Of a stretch of 64,000 bases of DNA, positions 20,737 through 33,045 are shown one piece after another. The notes beneath the pieces were generated by a model, which saw only the letters and a list, made by a program, of their open reading frames with translations, was not told the origin of the DNA and ran no database searches. The DNA is from an uncultured Spirochaetia bacterium. Lineage in GTDB: Bacteria; Desulfobacterota_D; UBA1144; Nemesobacterales; UBA2774. The position numbers were made by a program, and so were the translations under genes. The first letter of the stretch is position 1; each line of letters begins with the position of its first letter. Location: NCBI GenBank assembly GCA_964586675.1, contig CAZPHQ010000004.1, positions 3,031 to 67,030 of the forward strand. Reading direction: 5' to 3'.

Positions 20737-21261
20737 ATGCCTAAAGAAAAAACGCTCAGCGGTACTCCTAGCAAATCCATTTTATACCTCACACTCCTCT
20801 GCATTCTTTTCTACCTGGCTTTCATATACGGAAGAGGCGCCCCCTACCCCGTTTATGAAGTGAAATCGCCCGGCAACGTTTACGTCGAGGTGGAAGACAA
20901 CGGCGTAAGCACTGTTCAAGTTCTCAGAACCCCTTCAGACATCGCGGAATTCTCGGACAAATACGGTGTCGACAGAGATATAGAAAACGGAGTCAAAATA
21001 GTCCTGAACTACGGCTCGGCGAACGCATATGGAAGAATAAGCGGGCTCAGGAGCATATCGCTCGGCGTGCCTATAGGCATCAACTCCGCAGGGCCCGACG
21101 ACCTCGCCGCCCTCCCGGGGATAGGCGAAGAGCTGGCCGCACGTATAATCTCATACAGGGAAGAAAAAGGCGGGTTCGCCTCGGTTTCGGAGCTTCTGGA
21201 GGTAAGGGGGATCGGGGAAAAAAAGTTCGCCGCAGTAAGCGGGCTCGTAAGCCTCGATTAG
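20737..21261 (+). CDS. comEA: ComEA-family helix-hairpin-helix DNA-binding protein
   Basis: N-terminal TM segment; C-terminal tandem HhH motif (INSAGPDDLAALPGIGEELAARIISYREEKGGFASVSELLEVRGIGEKKF). Confidence 0.7.
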   Translation: MPKEKTLSGTPSKSILYLTLLCILFYLAFIYGRGAPYPVYEVKSPGNVYVEVEDNGVSTVQVLRTPSDIAEFSDKYGVDRDIENGVKIVLNYGSANAYGRISGLRSISLGVPIGINSAGPDDLAALPGIGEELAARIISYREEKGGFASVSELLEVRGIGEKKFAAVSGLVSLD

Positions 21262-23996
21262 TTCCTCATGAGGAAGTCGATTTCGGTTTCGGTATCGCCC
21301 TTCCCCTTTTCGTAATCCGCCGGGTAGTAGATGCCTTCGGGGCTCTTGATCATTTCCTGCCCGTTAATCATGACGCTGTCCCTGATGGAATCTATCACGC
21401 TGTGTCTGAGTGATTCCAGGCTGTAGGGAATACTTCCATAAGGGGTGCTGACGATCTTGATACCCGACGGCTGCTTGAAGGTGCCGCCGGGATATTTGGC
21501 GAGCGCGTCTTCCATATAATCCACCCATATCGGGAGCGCCGCGGCCGAGCCCGATTCTTTTTTACCGAGAGGCTTGTTGTCGTCCCTTCCGACCCATACA
21601 GCCGTCGTGATCCTCGGGCTGTATCCGACGAACCAGGCGTCGGTAAAATCGTTCGTCGTTCCTGTTTTTCCCGCGACAGGCGCGATAGAGGCGAGCTTGA
21701 GCGCCCTCATGCCCGTGCCCTCGCTGACTACGGCCTTGAGAAGGTCCGTCATTATAAATGCCGTTTCGGGGCTCAGCGTCTGCTTGGTGTTTCCGGGAGA
21801 CGTGAAGTCCGCAGCGCCGCTCTTTATGAGATCGAGGAACTCTTCCGGCGAAAGAAAGGCGTATTTGTCTGGGGCCGGAGCCGTCTTGCTGGTGAGGTCC
21901 TCTTCCTTTATATACTCGGGGCTTTCCACTGCGTCCCGTCCCGCCTTCCTGGCTATTTCGTTAAGCACTTCCAGGCGGGCATTTTCCCTGTCGACCTTGA
22001 GCGCCTCTTCCTTCGACAGGAATTTCCCGCCGGTATTGTCTTCTATGATTATTCCGTTCCTGTCGTAAATGCGGAGTATGAACTGCGGCTCGACGAGCTT
22101 TCCTCCCGTCGCGAAAACGTTAAAGGCCTCGGTCATCTCGAGGACCCTTACCCCCGACCCGCCGAGCGCAAGCGACGGATAGGGGTTCAGCTTCGATGTA
22201 AAGCCGAAGTTGTTCTTCGAGTACTTGACGACATACTTCGGGTCGATGTCCATTATGAGCCTTATTGTGGCGAGGTTCCGCGACTTGGCGAGCGCCTTTC
22301 GGAGAAGCATCGGCCCGTCGAAGGAGCCGTCGTAGTTCTGGGGGGCCCAGTCCTTGACAACAACGGGCATGTCGTAGAGCACCGAGGTTTCGGTATAGCC
22401 CTTGTCGAGGGCCGCCGCGTATATCATGGGCTTAAACGAAGAGCCCGGCTGCCGGAGCGCCTGGACGGTGCGGTTAAACTGCGACTGGTCGAAATCGTAT
22501 CCGCCGACGAGGGCCCTTATTTTCCCGGTCGTTTCCATGGAAAGGAGCGCCCCCTGGGCTACAGGCTCGATGACGAGCGAATACTCGAAGCCGCTCTCGG
22601 GGCCTTCCGTGGCGAGGACCTTTACAACGTCTCCCGGCTTGAGCTCGACCGGCGAAAGGCTTATGCCGCCGTATCCCCCGGCGGGGGCGAGCGTCTTCGA
22701 ATACTTCGATTCGAACCCGGGTATCGCCTTTCCGAAAGGAGAGCTGACTGCGTAATCGAGCCTGCCGTCGACGTCGCCTATGCCTATGCGGGCGTTAAAC
22801 ACCGGCCTTGCCGCCGGCTCCTCCTTACCCGTTTTTTTGTCGTCCTTAGCCTGCTTTTTGGTCGTTTCAGGCTTGTCGACGTTCGCGACCCTCGTAACGA
22901 CGGCCTCGTATACCTCGCCCGCCTGAACGCTCTTTATGCCCTGGTTGTCCCTGAATTTTCTTATCTGCCCCGCGCTCCCGACGTTACGTGATACGACCTT
23001 CCTCCCATGCCGCGCTTCGACATCCAGTATCCCTCTCCTGAGGGCCCACTGCGCCTCGAGGTTAAGCTCGATGTCGAGGGTGGTGAATACCGTGTATCCG
23101 CCGTTTATGAAATCCTTGACGCCGACCTTGTCCTGGAGATATCTCCTTACATGCTCGACGAAATACGGGGCGAGGTCGTTGTTTATTCTCTGCCTCGGGA
23201 GGATCTTTATCTCCTCGTCCACGGCGTCGAATCTCTCGTCCCTCGTTATGAACCCCGCGTCTTCCATCTTGCTGAGGACGAGCCTCTGCCTCTCGATCGC
23301 ACGGTCGAGATGCTTCCGCGGTGAATAGTATTCCGGCTTTTTCGGGAGCCCCGCGAGGAGCGCCGCTTCGGCTACAGTCATCTCGCGGGCCGGCTTTCCG
23401 AAGTAGGCCCGGCTCGCGGCCTCTATGCCGTAGTTCCCGTCGGCGAGGTATATATGGTTAAGGTAGAGGTAAAGTATTTCTTCCTTCGAGAGGTTGTTCT
23501 CTATTCTATGGGCGAGTATCGCTTCCTTTATCTTACGCGACATCGTCCTCTCGGGCGTGAGTATGATGTTCTTTATAACCTGCTGGGTTATGGTGCTGGC
23601 GCCCCTCACCCAGTCGCCCTCCTGGATGTTCTCGAACATAGCGCCGACGATGCTCTTTATATCGACCCCTTCGTGCTCGAAAAAGCGCCTGTCCTCTATT
23701 GCGATGAAGGCTTCGATCACGTGAGGCGGAATGCTCTCGTATGCGATGAGCTTCCTCCGCTCGGCAGCGAATTCTGCTATGAGGGTGCCGTCGGACGAAT
23801 ACACCTCCGTTATGAGCTTGGGCTTATAGCCGGTTATCGCCCTGAAATCGGGCAGGTCGCGCGTATAGTAGAGGTAGCCGCCATAGACCGCGAGCGCGGC
23901 CGCCGTAAGCAGTATGAAAAAGCTCAGGAACAGGAACGCAATGAGCTTGCTTTTTGTGCGCTTTGTTTTAAATTTTACTTTCTTTTTTGTAGCCAT
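21258..23996 (-). CDS. mrcA: Penicillin-binding protein 1A (bifunctional glycosyltransferase/transpeptidase)
   Basis: N-terminal TM anchor; GT51 motifs (AIEDRRFFEHEGVD, RGASTITQQ); transpeptidase SxxK/SxN/KTG region; ~912 aa. Confidence 0.9.
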   Translation of the reverse strand: MATKKKVKFKTKRTKSKLIAFLFLSFFILLTAAALAVYGGYLYYTRDLPDFRAITGYKPKLITEVYSSDGTLIAEFAAERRKLIAYESIPPHVIEAFIAIEDRRFFEHEGVDIKSIVGAMFENIQEGDWVRGASTITQQVIKNIILTPERTMSRKIKEAILAHRIENNLSKEEILYLYLNHIYLADGNYGIEAASRAYFGKPAREMTVAEAALLAGLPKKPEYYSPRKHLDRAIERQRLVLSKMEDAGFITRDERFDAVDEEIKILPRQRINNDLAPYFVEHVRRYLQDKVGVKDFINGGYTVFTTLDIELNLEAQWALRRGILDVEARHGRKVVSRNVGSAGQIRKFRDNQGIKSVQAGEVYEAVVTRVANVDKPETTKKQAKDDKKTGKEEPAARPVFNARIGIGDVDGRLDYAVSSPFGKAIPGFESKYSKTLAPAGGYGGISLSPVELKPGDVVKVLATEGPESGFEYSLVIEPVAQGALLSMETTGKIRALVGGYDFDQSQFNRTVQALRQPGSSFKPMIYAAALDKGYTETSVLYDMPVVVKDWAPQNYDGSFDGPMLLRKALAKSRNLATIRLIMDIDPKYVVKYSKNNFGFTSKLNPYPSLALGGSGVRVLEMTEAFNVFATGGKLVEPQFILRIYDRNGIIIEDNTGGKFLSKEEALKVDRENARLEVLNEIARKAGRDAVESPEYIKEEDLTSKTAPAPDKYAFLSPEEFLDLIKSGAADFTSPGNTKQTLSPETAFIMTDLLKAVVSEGTGMRALKLASIAPVAGKTGTTNDFTDAWFVGYSPRITTAVWVGRDDNKPLGKKESGSAAALPIWVDYMEDALAKYPGGTFKQPSGIKIVSTPYGSIPYSLESLRHSVIDSIRDSVMINGQEMIKSPEGIYYPADYEKGKGDTETEIDFLMRN

Positions 23997-24126
23997 TTGG
24001 CCAGGCTCATCCCCCTGGAAGCGGCTTGCGATTGACTTTCAAATAATTGAGGATAATTATACCTGAGCCGTTAACATTAATTAAACATCATTTTTAAACT
24101 GGACTTATATTCGATAAGCTAATAAA

Positions 24127-24318
24127 ATGGAAGATGAAACGCTCGATTCGTACATAAGGAAAATGGAAGACCAGGAGCTCAAGGGACTCATGCTGAAGCT
24201 CAAGAACGAGCTCAGGAGGCCCGAAGCGACCTGGGAGCCCATAAAGCAGATACTGACCGCGATCCGCCGCAAGAACAGCGCTGCTTTCACCGAGATATCC
24301 GGCCTCATTTTGAAGTAA
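24127..24318 (+). CDS. Small hypothetical protein (63 aa) immediately upstream of cysK
   Basis: ORF only; its stop overlaps an ATG (TAATG) at 24318. Confidence 0.3.
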   Translation: MEDETLDSYIRKMEDQELKGLMLKLKNELRRPEATWEPIKQILTAIRRKNSAAFTEISGLILK

Positions 24319-24392
24319 TGAGAACCGGACTTCACGGCGGCCCCGAAGGCAGAAGTTCCAGGCAAATATATATACCCCAGGGAGATGGAAAA

Positions 24393-25316
24393 ATGGGGAA
24401 CCAGGTAGTAGACAACATACTATCCCTCATAGGGAGTACGCCCGTCGTAAAGCTGAGGAATATCGTGCCGGGGGGCTCGGCCGATATATGGGCGAAGCTG
24501 GAGAGCGCAAACCCGGCCGGGAGCATGAAGGAGCGCATTTCGCTCGCCATGATAGAGAGGGCGGAGGAAGAGGGGCTCATCGAGCCCGGAAAGAGCGTCA
24601 TAGTCGAGGCGACGACAGGCAATACGGGCATCGGTCTCGCGCTCGTCTGCGCCGTGAAGGGATACAGGCTCATACTGACCGCGCCCGACGACATGAGCTT
24701 AGAGAGAAGGCAGACCCTCTCGGCATACGGGGCCGAGGTGGTTCTCATCCCGGCGGCGCAGATGGAAGACTCTCTCGCGATGGCCGAGGAGATAGCGTCT
24801 CAAACCCCGGGTGCCTTCAGGCCGCATCATTTTTCGAATCCTGAGAACCCCGAGACGCACAGGCTCCATACCGGCCCTGAGATACTGGAGCAGGTCCCCG
24901 GCGTTATAGATGCTTTCGTATCCGGGGTCGGTACCGGTGGGACGATCTCGGGCGTCGGGAAAATACTCAGGAAAGAAAATCCGGGCGTGATAATCGCCGC
25001 TGTCGAGCCGGAGGAATCGCCGGTTCTGTCAGGCGGCTCTCCCGGAGCGCACGAAATAATAGGTATAGGGCACGGCTTCATTCCATCGACGCTGGATACG
25101 GAAATTTACGACGAGGTGATAAGGGTGAGCACCGGGGAAGCCAGAAGGCTTACGAGGGAGCTGGCGAAAAAGGAGGGGCTCCTGGTCGGAATCTCCTCCG
25201 GCGCGGCGTGCGCCGGTGCGCTCATTTTAGCCGAGAGGCTCGGCGAAGGGAAACAGGTAGTGACGATTTTCTGCGACACAGGCGAGAGATATCTCAGCAC
25301 GGGGCTCTTCGGATGA
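24393..25316 (+). CDS. cysK: Cysteine synthase A (O-acetylserine sulfhydrylase)
   Basis: PLP-fold motifs SMKERI and TTGNTGIGLA; the N-terminus aligns to CysK from ILSLIGSTPVVKL; GGAGAGRW SD-like sequence before the ATG at 24393. An alternative coupled start at 24318 would add a 25-aa non-conserved extension. Confidence 0.9.
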   Translation: MGNQVVDNILSLIGSTPVVKLRNIVPGGSADIWAKLESANPAGSMKERISLAMIERAEEEGLIEPGKSVIVEATTGNTGIGLALVCAVKGYRLILTAPDDMSLERRQTLSAYGAEVVLIPAAQMEDSLAMAEEIASQTPGAFRPHHFSNPENPETHRLHTGPEILEQVPGVIDAFVSGVGTGGTISGVGKILRKENPGVIIAAVEPEESPVLSGGSPGAHEIIGIGHGFIPSTLDTEIYDEVIRVSTGEARRLTRELAKKEGLLVGISSGAACAGALILAERLGEGKQVVTIFCDTGERYLSTGLFG

Positions 25317-25447
25317 GGCGGAAACACAGGCTGGACATAATGTAATCATGCTTCATAATTAGGGAATCTAAGTTGAAAACAGGGCCTTCGTGTGCTATCA
25401 TACTTTAGTATAATTCTGCATTCAATTTCATATAAACTGAGGTACGA

Positions 25448-27343
<1,896 letters not shown>

Positions 27344-27463
27344 ATTTTGCCGGGCGGTAATCGTCCGCTTTTAATAGCGTATAATTTGTATGAATGAAGC
27401 GTTCCGGGCGCGGGGCTCCATACTATTTCCTCGCGTCAAGCATCGGCCGGAATATGGATTTTT

Positions 27464-28375
27464 ATGCTGAGAGCACATTCGGAAAAACATACCTCAGCCG
27501 CAATAACTTCAAATAACGATAGTGCTTTATCCAAAACAGCTAACGCAGTTCTTTTACTTCGCGGCAAGCCCTTCCCTGTCGGCGATAGAACCCTCGTTAT
27601 GGGCATTCTGAACGTAACCCCCGACTCGTTCCACGACGGCGGAAGGCATACCTCCCTCGATGACGCCCTCCTGCACGCCGAGAGGATGGCTGGGGAAGGC
27701 GCAGACATTATAGACATTGGCGGGGAATCGACGAGGCCCGGCTCCGAAGGGGTTTCGGAAGAAGAAGAGTTAAACAGGGTCGTGCCCGCAATAAAAGAAA
27801 TAGTGAAGCGCTTTGATATCCCCCTTTCGATAGATACGACCAAGCCCGGGGTCGCCCGCGCCGCGCTCTCCGAAGGGGCGTCGATCGTAAACGACATAAG
27901 CGGGCTCAGGTTCGGAACGGGTCTTGCCGAGGCGGCGGCGGAATACGGAGCGGCGATGGTGCTCATGCATACGTCCTCCCGCCCGCGCGACATGCAGCAG
28001 AAAACGGAGTACGAATCCCTCATAGACGACATAATCGCATCCCTCCGCGAGTCGGTGCGGAAGGCTGTCGACGCGGGCGTCGGTGAGGGGAATATAATTG
28101 TCGACCCCGGTTTCGGGTTCGGAAAAACAGCCGCACAGAATCTCACGATATTAAAAGAGCTCGTGAGATTTCTCGAAATCGGAAGGCCACTTCTTATCGG
28201 CACGTCGCAGAAGTCCTTCGTAGGAGCCGTCACAGGCTCCGGAGACAGGCTCGAAGGCACGGCTGCCACGGTCGCCATAGGAATAATAAACGGCGCGTCC
28301 ATCGTGAGGGTGCACGATGTAGGCTACATGAAGAAAGTTGCCCTGATGGCCGACGCCGTGAAGAATGTAAATTAA
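27464..28375 (+). CDS. folP: Dihydropteroate synthase
   Basis: GILNVTPDSFHDGG pterin-binding start motif; DIGGESTRPG. The N-terminal ~40 aa extension is uncertain, so the true start may be downstream via a non-ATG codon. Confidence 0.9.
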   Translation: MLRAHSEKHTSAAITSNNDSALSKTANAVLLLRGKPFPVGDRTLVMGILNVTPDSFHDGGRHTSLDDALLHAERMAGEGADIIDIGGESTRPGSEGVSEEEELNRVVPAIKEIVKRFDIPLSIDTTKPGVARAALSEGASIVNDISGLRFGTGLAEAAAEYGAAMVLMHTSSRPRDMQQKTEYESLIDDIIASLRESVRKAVDAGVGEGNIIVDPGFGFGKTAAQNLTILKELVRFLEIGRPLLIGTSQKSFVGAVTGSGDRLEGTAATVAIGIINGASIVRVHDVGYMKKVALMADAVKNVN

Positions 28376-28436
28376 ATCCGCGCAGGTCATGGGAGCCTGG
28401 CGTCCCATAGAGCGGAACCGGCGCGCAGCGGAAAAA

Positions 28437-29267
28437 ATGTTCGACGCAATATTCAACTACAGATACGTTTGGGACACGCTCGATATAGTCCTCGTGGCGT
28501 TCATCATCTACTACGTCCTCCGGATGCTCGAAGGCACGAGGGCGCTACAGGTGCTCTTCGGCTTCGTCCTCCTCGTCGTCCTGTATTACGTCTCCCAACG
28601 CGGCCTCTTCACGCTTAACTGGATACTCGGGCAGTTCCTGGGCTCGATTATCATCATCGTCGTAATCATATTCCAGAACGACATACGCCGCGGGCTCGCG
28701 GCCATCGGGCGGCGGCCCTTCCTTTTGAAAATGTCGCCCGGCAAATCGAAAGAGCAGTACCTCGAAGAGGTGGTCAAGGCTTCGAGCTACCTCGCCAACA
28801 GGTACATAGGCGCGCTCATAGCGATAGAGCGCAATCAGACGCTGTCCGACTACATCGAAATAGGAATGAGGGTGGACGCTCTCGTTTCGAGAGAGCTCAT
28901 AATCAGCATATTCAATCCCTCGTCGCCGCTTCACGACGGGGGTATCATAATCGTCGGCAACAGGATAATATCCGCCGGTTCGTTCTTCCCGCTGACGACT
29001 GACCCCGACCTCGAAAGGGAGCTCGGCACGCGGCACAGGGCGGCGCTCGGGCTATCGTCCGAGACGGACGCCGTCGTCATAGTCGTCTCGGAGGAAACCG
29101 GCACGATATCCCTGGCGCTGGGCGGCGAGATAACGCGCGGCCTCGACGCGACGTCGCTCCACAACAGTCTCCTGGACTCGCTCGAGATCAAGCGGCCGAA
29201 ATCGAAAAAATCCGGGCTCGTGAACAGGCTCATCAATAAAGAGGAGGGTGAGGATACGAACCTCTGA
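28437..29267 (+). CDS. cdaA: Diadenylate cyclase CdaA (DAC domain, membrane-anchored)
   Basis: Three N-terminal TM helices followed by DAC-domain motifs (GALIAIER, HDGGIIIVGNRIISAG, GTRHRAALGLSSETDAVVIVVSEETG). Confidence 0.85.
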   Translation: MFDAIFNYRYVWDTLDIVLVAFIIYYVLRMLEGTRALQVLFGFVLLVVLYYVSQRGLFTLNWILGQFLGSIIIIVVIIFQNDIRRGLAAIGRRPFLLKMSPGKSKEQYLEEVVKASSYLANRYIGALIAIERNQTLSDYIEIGMRVDALVSRELIISIFNPSSPLHDGGIIIVGNRIISAGSFFPLTTDPDLERELGTRHRAALGLSSETDAVVIVVSEETGTISLALGGEITRGLDATSLHNSLLDSLEIKRPKSKKSGLVNRLINKEEGEDTNL

Positions 29268-29275
29268 CGCGCTTC

Positions 29276-30253
29276 ATGACACGGTGGCTGAAAAAAAGAG
29301 ATGCCTACGGCTCGAGGGAAGGCGAAAAAGAGCCCATATACAGGGACCTGGGCAAAAAGGTGCTCGCCCTTCTGATAGCCATATCGCTATGGCTCGTGGC
29401 CAACCTTCAGCATGATGTGGAAAAGAACGTCGCCATAGACATAAACTACACGAACCTCCCGCCGGGACTCATCGTCCTTAACAATCCTCCCGAAAAGCTC
29501 AACATCCGGGCGCGCGGCCCGAGGAGCCAGCTGTCGTCCGTATCCCCGGAGGACATGGTATTTACGATAGACCTCGCCAACGTAAGCGAGGGGGCGTCTG
29601 TCTTCGAAATAAGGACCGACATGATAATACCGCCGAGGGACGTACAGGTGACTGGCGTCAGCCCCTCCGAAATAAGAATAGAGCTCGACAAGCTCGCGCA
29701 GAAGGAAGTCCTCGTCGCGCCGAAGATCGGTCCGCCCGATCCCGGGTACGAAATCGTCGGGCAGTCGCAAATCTCCCCCGGCATGGTCAGGATAAGCGGG
29801 CCGGCCTCGCTTCTAGGCAGGATAAACGAGCTGGGCGGCGACCAGATATCGCTCGAAGGGGAAAAGTCGAGCTTCTCGGTGGAGATACCGCTCCGGACCC
29901 CATACACGCTCGTCAACATACTCGGCCGGAACACGGCCCGCGTCACGATCGACTTAAAGGAAACGATACTCGAAAAGGAGTTTAACAACCTCGACATCAA
30001 CTTCGTCAATTTCGGCAACATCGATTTTGAAACGGTCGGCAACATCGAAACCGAGGTGGCTTTCGAGGGCCCCTACAGCATAATCAACAAACTCAACAGT
30101 AAGGATATAGAATTATATGTGGATGGCTCGGGGCTGGCGGAGGCAGGGGACAAGAAAACCCACAAACTCGACGTCAACGTCGAGTACCCGCACAAAGGGG
30201 TGCTCAAGATGACGAAGCAGTCGCCGAGGACCATAAACATCAGGTTGAACTAG
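29276..30253 (+). CDS. cdaR: CdaR/YbbR-domain regulator of diadenylate cyclase
   Basis: Position between cdaA and glmM; one N-terminal TM segment followed by repeated YbbR-like beta-rich modules. Confidence 0.7.
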   Translation: MTRWLKKRDAYGSREGEKEPIYRDLGKKVLALLIAISLWLVANLQHDVEKNVAIDINYTNLPPGLIVLNNPPEKLNIRARGPRSQLSSVSPEDMVFTIDLANVSEGASVFEIRTDMIIPPRDVQVTGVSPSEIRIELDKLAQKEVLVAPKIGPPDPGYEIVGQSQISPGMVRISGPASLLGRINELGGDQISLEGEKSSFSVEIPLRTPYTLVNILGRNTARVTIDLKETILEKEFNNLDINFVNFGNIDFETVGNIETEVAFEGPYSIINKLNSKDIELYVDGSGLAEAGDKKTHKLDVNVEYPHKGVLKMTKQSPRTINIRLN

Positions 30254-30269
30254 AGAGGAGCCAGGAATT

Positions 30270-31652
30270 TTGAGCGGCAAAAGGAAAAAACTTTTCGGAA
30301 CGGACGGGATACGGGGCGTAGCAAACCAGGAGCCGATGACGCCCGAGATGAGCCTCAGGCTCGGAAAGGCGCTCACATATCTCTTAAAGCAGCGCGCGGA
30401 AGGGCAGCACACGCTGAAGATAGTTATAGGCAAAGACACGAGGCTCTCGGGATATATCTTCGAGCAGGCGCTCTCGTCCGGCATAGCGGCCATGGGGGCC
30501 GACGTGCTCCTCGTAGGACCTCTCCCCACCCCTGCCATAGCGTTCATCACGCAGAGCATGCGCGCCGACGCCGGCATAGTTATTTCGGCCTCGCATAATC
30601 CATACGAAGACAACGGGATCAAGATATTCGACAGGTACGGCTACAAGCTCCCCGACGAAGAGGAAATACGCATCGAGGAGATGATGCAGAACGGCGAGAG
30701 CGATTACCTTAAAGCCTCCCCGGGCGACATAGGCAAGGCCTACAGGATAGAAGACGCCCCCGGGAGATATGTAGTCTTTGCGAAGAATTCCTTCCCGCAT
30801 AACCTCACCCTCGAAGGTATAAAGATCGTGCTCGACTGCGCGAACGGCGCGGCGTATAAGGTTTCGCCGACGATATTCCAGGAGCTCGGGGCCGAACTCG
30901 TAACGATAGGCTCGAGCCCTGACGGTAAGAATATAAACACGGACTGCGGATCGCTTAATCCCGAGCTTTTAAGGAGCCGGGTGCTCGAAACGGGGGCTGA
31001 CCTCGGCATTGCGCTCGACGGCGACGCCGACAGGGTCATATTCTGCGACGAGACGGGCGATATAGTCGACGGCGACAAGATAATCGCCATCTGCGCCGAC
31101 GAGATGATACGTAACGGGAGCCTCCGGGGCAACACCGTCGTCACGACTCTCATGAGCAACATGGCGCTCGAGAATTTTGTAAAGGGCAAGGGGGTCGATT
31201 TCGTGAGGACGGAAGTCGGCGACAGGTACGTATCCGAAGCGATGCGCGCGCGGGGATGTAACCTCGGCGGCGAGCAGTCGGGGCACATCATTTTCCTCGA
31301 CCACACCACGACGGGCGACGGCACGCTCGCAGCGCTCCAGGTGCTAGCGATAATGAAAAGGGAAGAAAAAAAACTTTCCGAGCTCGCGAGGATAATAGAC
31401 CTCTACCCCCAGCTTCTTCTTAACGTGAGAATAAGGGAGCGTAAAGAGCTCAGCGAGATAAAGAACCTCGACGGCCTCATCCGCTCGAACGAAAACAGGC
31501 TTTCCGGAAAGGGGCGCATAAATATCAGGTATTCAGGCACCGAGCCGATATCGAGGGTCATGGTCGAAGGCGAGGACGTTACTCTGATAAAGGAGATAGC
31601 CGACGAGCTTGCGGACGCGATACAAAAAGACATAGGAGCGGAAGCGTTATGA
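30270..31652 (+). CDS. glmM: Phosphoglucosamine mutase
   Basis: Active-site [16 protein letters not shown] (phospho-serine loop) and GDGDADR metal-binding loop. Confidence 0.95.
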   Translation: MSGKRKKLFGTDGIRGVANQEPMTPEMSLRLGKALTYLLKQRAEGQHTLKIVIGKDTRLSGYIFEQALSSGIAAMGADVLLVGPLPTPAIAFITQSMRADAGIVISASHNPYEDNGIKIFDRYGYKLPDEEEIRIEEMMQNGESDYLKASPGDIGKAYRIEDAPGRYVVFAKNSFPHNLTLEGIKIVLDCANGAAYKVSPTIFQELGAELVTIGSSPDGKNINTDCGSLNPELLRSRVLETGADLGIALDGDADRVIFCDETGDIVDGDKIIAICADEMIRNGSLRGNTVVTTLMSNMALENFVKGKGVDFVRTEVGDRYVSEAMRARGCNLGGEQSGHIIFLDHTTTGDGTLAALQVLAIMKREEKKLSELARIIDLYPQLLLNVRIRERKELSEIKNLDGLIRSNENRLSGKGRINIRYSGTEPISRVMVEGEDVTLIKEIADELADAIQKDIGAEAL

Positions 31653-32374
31653 CACGGCTTAACGTCAACGTCGACCACGTTGCGACTGTAAGGCAGGCAA
31701 GAGGAGGCATAGAGCCCGATCCCGTGCTCGCCGCGTATCTGGCCGAGCTCGCCGGCGCTGAAGGGATAGTGGTGCATCTCAGGGAAGACAGGCGGCACAT
31801 ACAGGAAAGGGACGTCTGGATACTAAGGGAAACCGTGAAGACGAAGCTCAACCTCGAAATGGCCCCCACGGCCGCGATGGTCAAGATCGCTTCGGACGTG
31901 AAGCCCGACATGGCGACGCTGGTGCCCGAAAAAAGGCAGGAGCTGACGACAGAAGGCGGGCTCGACACGGCTGGGAACCCGAAAGAAATAAAATCCGTCG
32001 TAAAGGAGCTTCAGAAGGCCGGGATATTCGTGAGCCTCTTCATCGATCCCGACCCTGCACAGATAAAAGCCTCCCTGGCGGCAGGCGCGGATATGGTCGA
32101 GATACACACGGGGGCATATGCCGACGCCCCGGACGAGGCCGGCAAGGAAGCGGAGCTTTCCCGCATACGAAAGGCCGTCAAAAAGGCGTACGGCTCCGGG
32201 CTAAGGGTATCAGCCGGACACGGGCTAAATTATTTCAATGTCGTTCAGATCGCCGAGATAGAGGAAATAGAAGAGCTGAACATTGGGCACAGCATTATTT
32301 CGAGGGCTGTAACCGCAGGCATGGACCTCGCGGTCAGGGATATGATAGACCTCATACGTATGGGAAGCTTCTAA
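31649..32374 (+). CDS. pdxJ: Pyridoxine 5'-phosphate synthase
   Basis: [16 protein letters not shown]-terminal signature. The start overlaps the glmM stop (ATGA). Confidence 0.9.
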   Translation: MTRLNVNVDHVATVRQARGGIEPDPVLAAYLAELAGAEGIVVHLREDRRHIQERDVWILRETVKTKLNLEMAPTAAMVKIASDVKPDMATLVPEKRQELTTEGGLDTAGNPKEIKSVVKELQKAGIFVSLFIDPDPAQIKASLAAGADMVEIHTGAYADAPDEAGKEAELSRIRKAVKKAYGSGLRVSAGHGLNYFNVVQIAEIEEIEELNIGHSIISRAVTAGMDLAVRDMIDLIRMGSF

Positions 32375-32381
32375 GCCGGGC

Positions 32382-32398
32382 AGATCCCCTGCCCTTCG
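32382..32398. terminator. GC-rich hairpin (GGGCAG-atcc-CTGCCC) between convergent pdxJ and fur
   Basis: Perfect 6-bp stem read directly from the sequence and placed between two convergent stop codons. The flanking U-run is weak. Confidence 0.3.
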
Positions 32399-32413
32399 CC
32401 CCGCCAGCCGTTC

Positions 32414-32884
32414 TCAGGCCGTTTTGGCTGCTTTACAGTCGGAGCAAAGGCCGTAAATCTCCAGCTTGTGGTTCGTAAGCTGGAACTCGTTCAGCTTCGC
32501 GATCTGGTTGAGGCAGGACTCGACCTGGTTATTCGCGAACTCGTATATTTTCCCGCACTGGTTGCAGATCATGTGGTGATGGTGCTCCCTTTCGGAGCGG
32601 ATCGGCTCGTAACGTGCCTTTCCGTCGCCGAAATTCCTTTCGGAGGCTATCCCGCACTCCATGAAAAGCTTTAGGGTTCTGTATACGGTGGCGAAGCCGA
32701 TGAACGGGTGGCGCTTCTTTATATCTTCATAAAGTTCTTCAACTGTAACATGTTTCCCCATGTAATTGCCAAAGAATTCTTCGAAGATTATGTCCCGCTG
32801 CTTCGTCGATTTGAGGCGTTTCTTCGCTATATACTCGTAGAAGGTTTTTCGTCTTTCCATTTTCTTTATGGCCACAGGAGTCAT
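32414..32884 (-). CDS. fur: Fur-family metalloregulator (Fur/Zur/PerR)
   Basis: Winged-helix N-terminus; HHHHMIC...C metal site and C-terminal CxxC (CSDC). Confidence 0.8.
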   Translation of the reverse strand: MTPVAIKKMERRKTFYEYIAKKRLKSTKQRDIIFEEFFGNYMGKHVTVEELYEDIKKRHPFIGFATVYRTLKLFMECGIASERNFGDGKARYEPIRSEREHHHHMICNQCGKIYEFANNQVESCLNQIAKLNEFQLTNHKLEIYGLCSDCKAAKTA

Positions 32885-33045
32885 GTTGGCAGCTCCCCGC
32901 GAAATTGATTTACGTTTTCAAATTGTATACTAAAATGAAGCAAATAGCAAGAGGTCATTTTTATTAACTGGAAATAATTACCATAACCGGATTCTCCTGA
33001 CATAACAAAGGATTATGATAGACTTTTCGCTGTGGAAGCCCTCTT

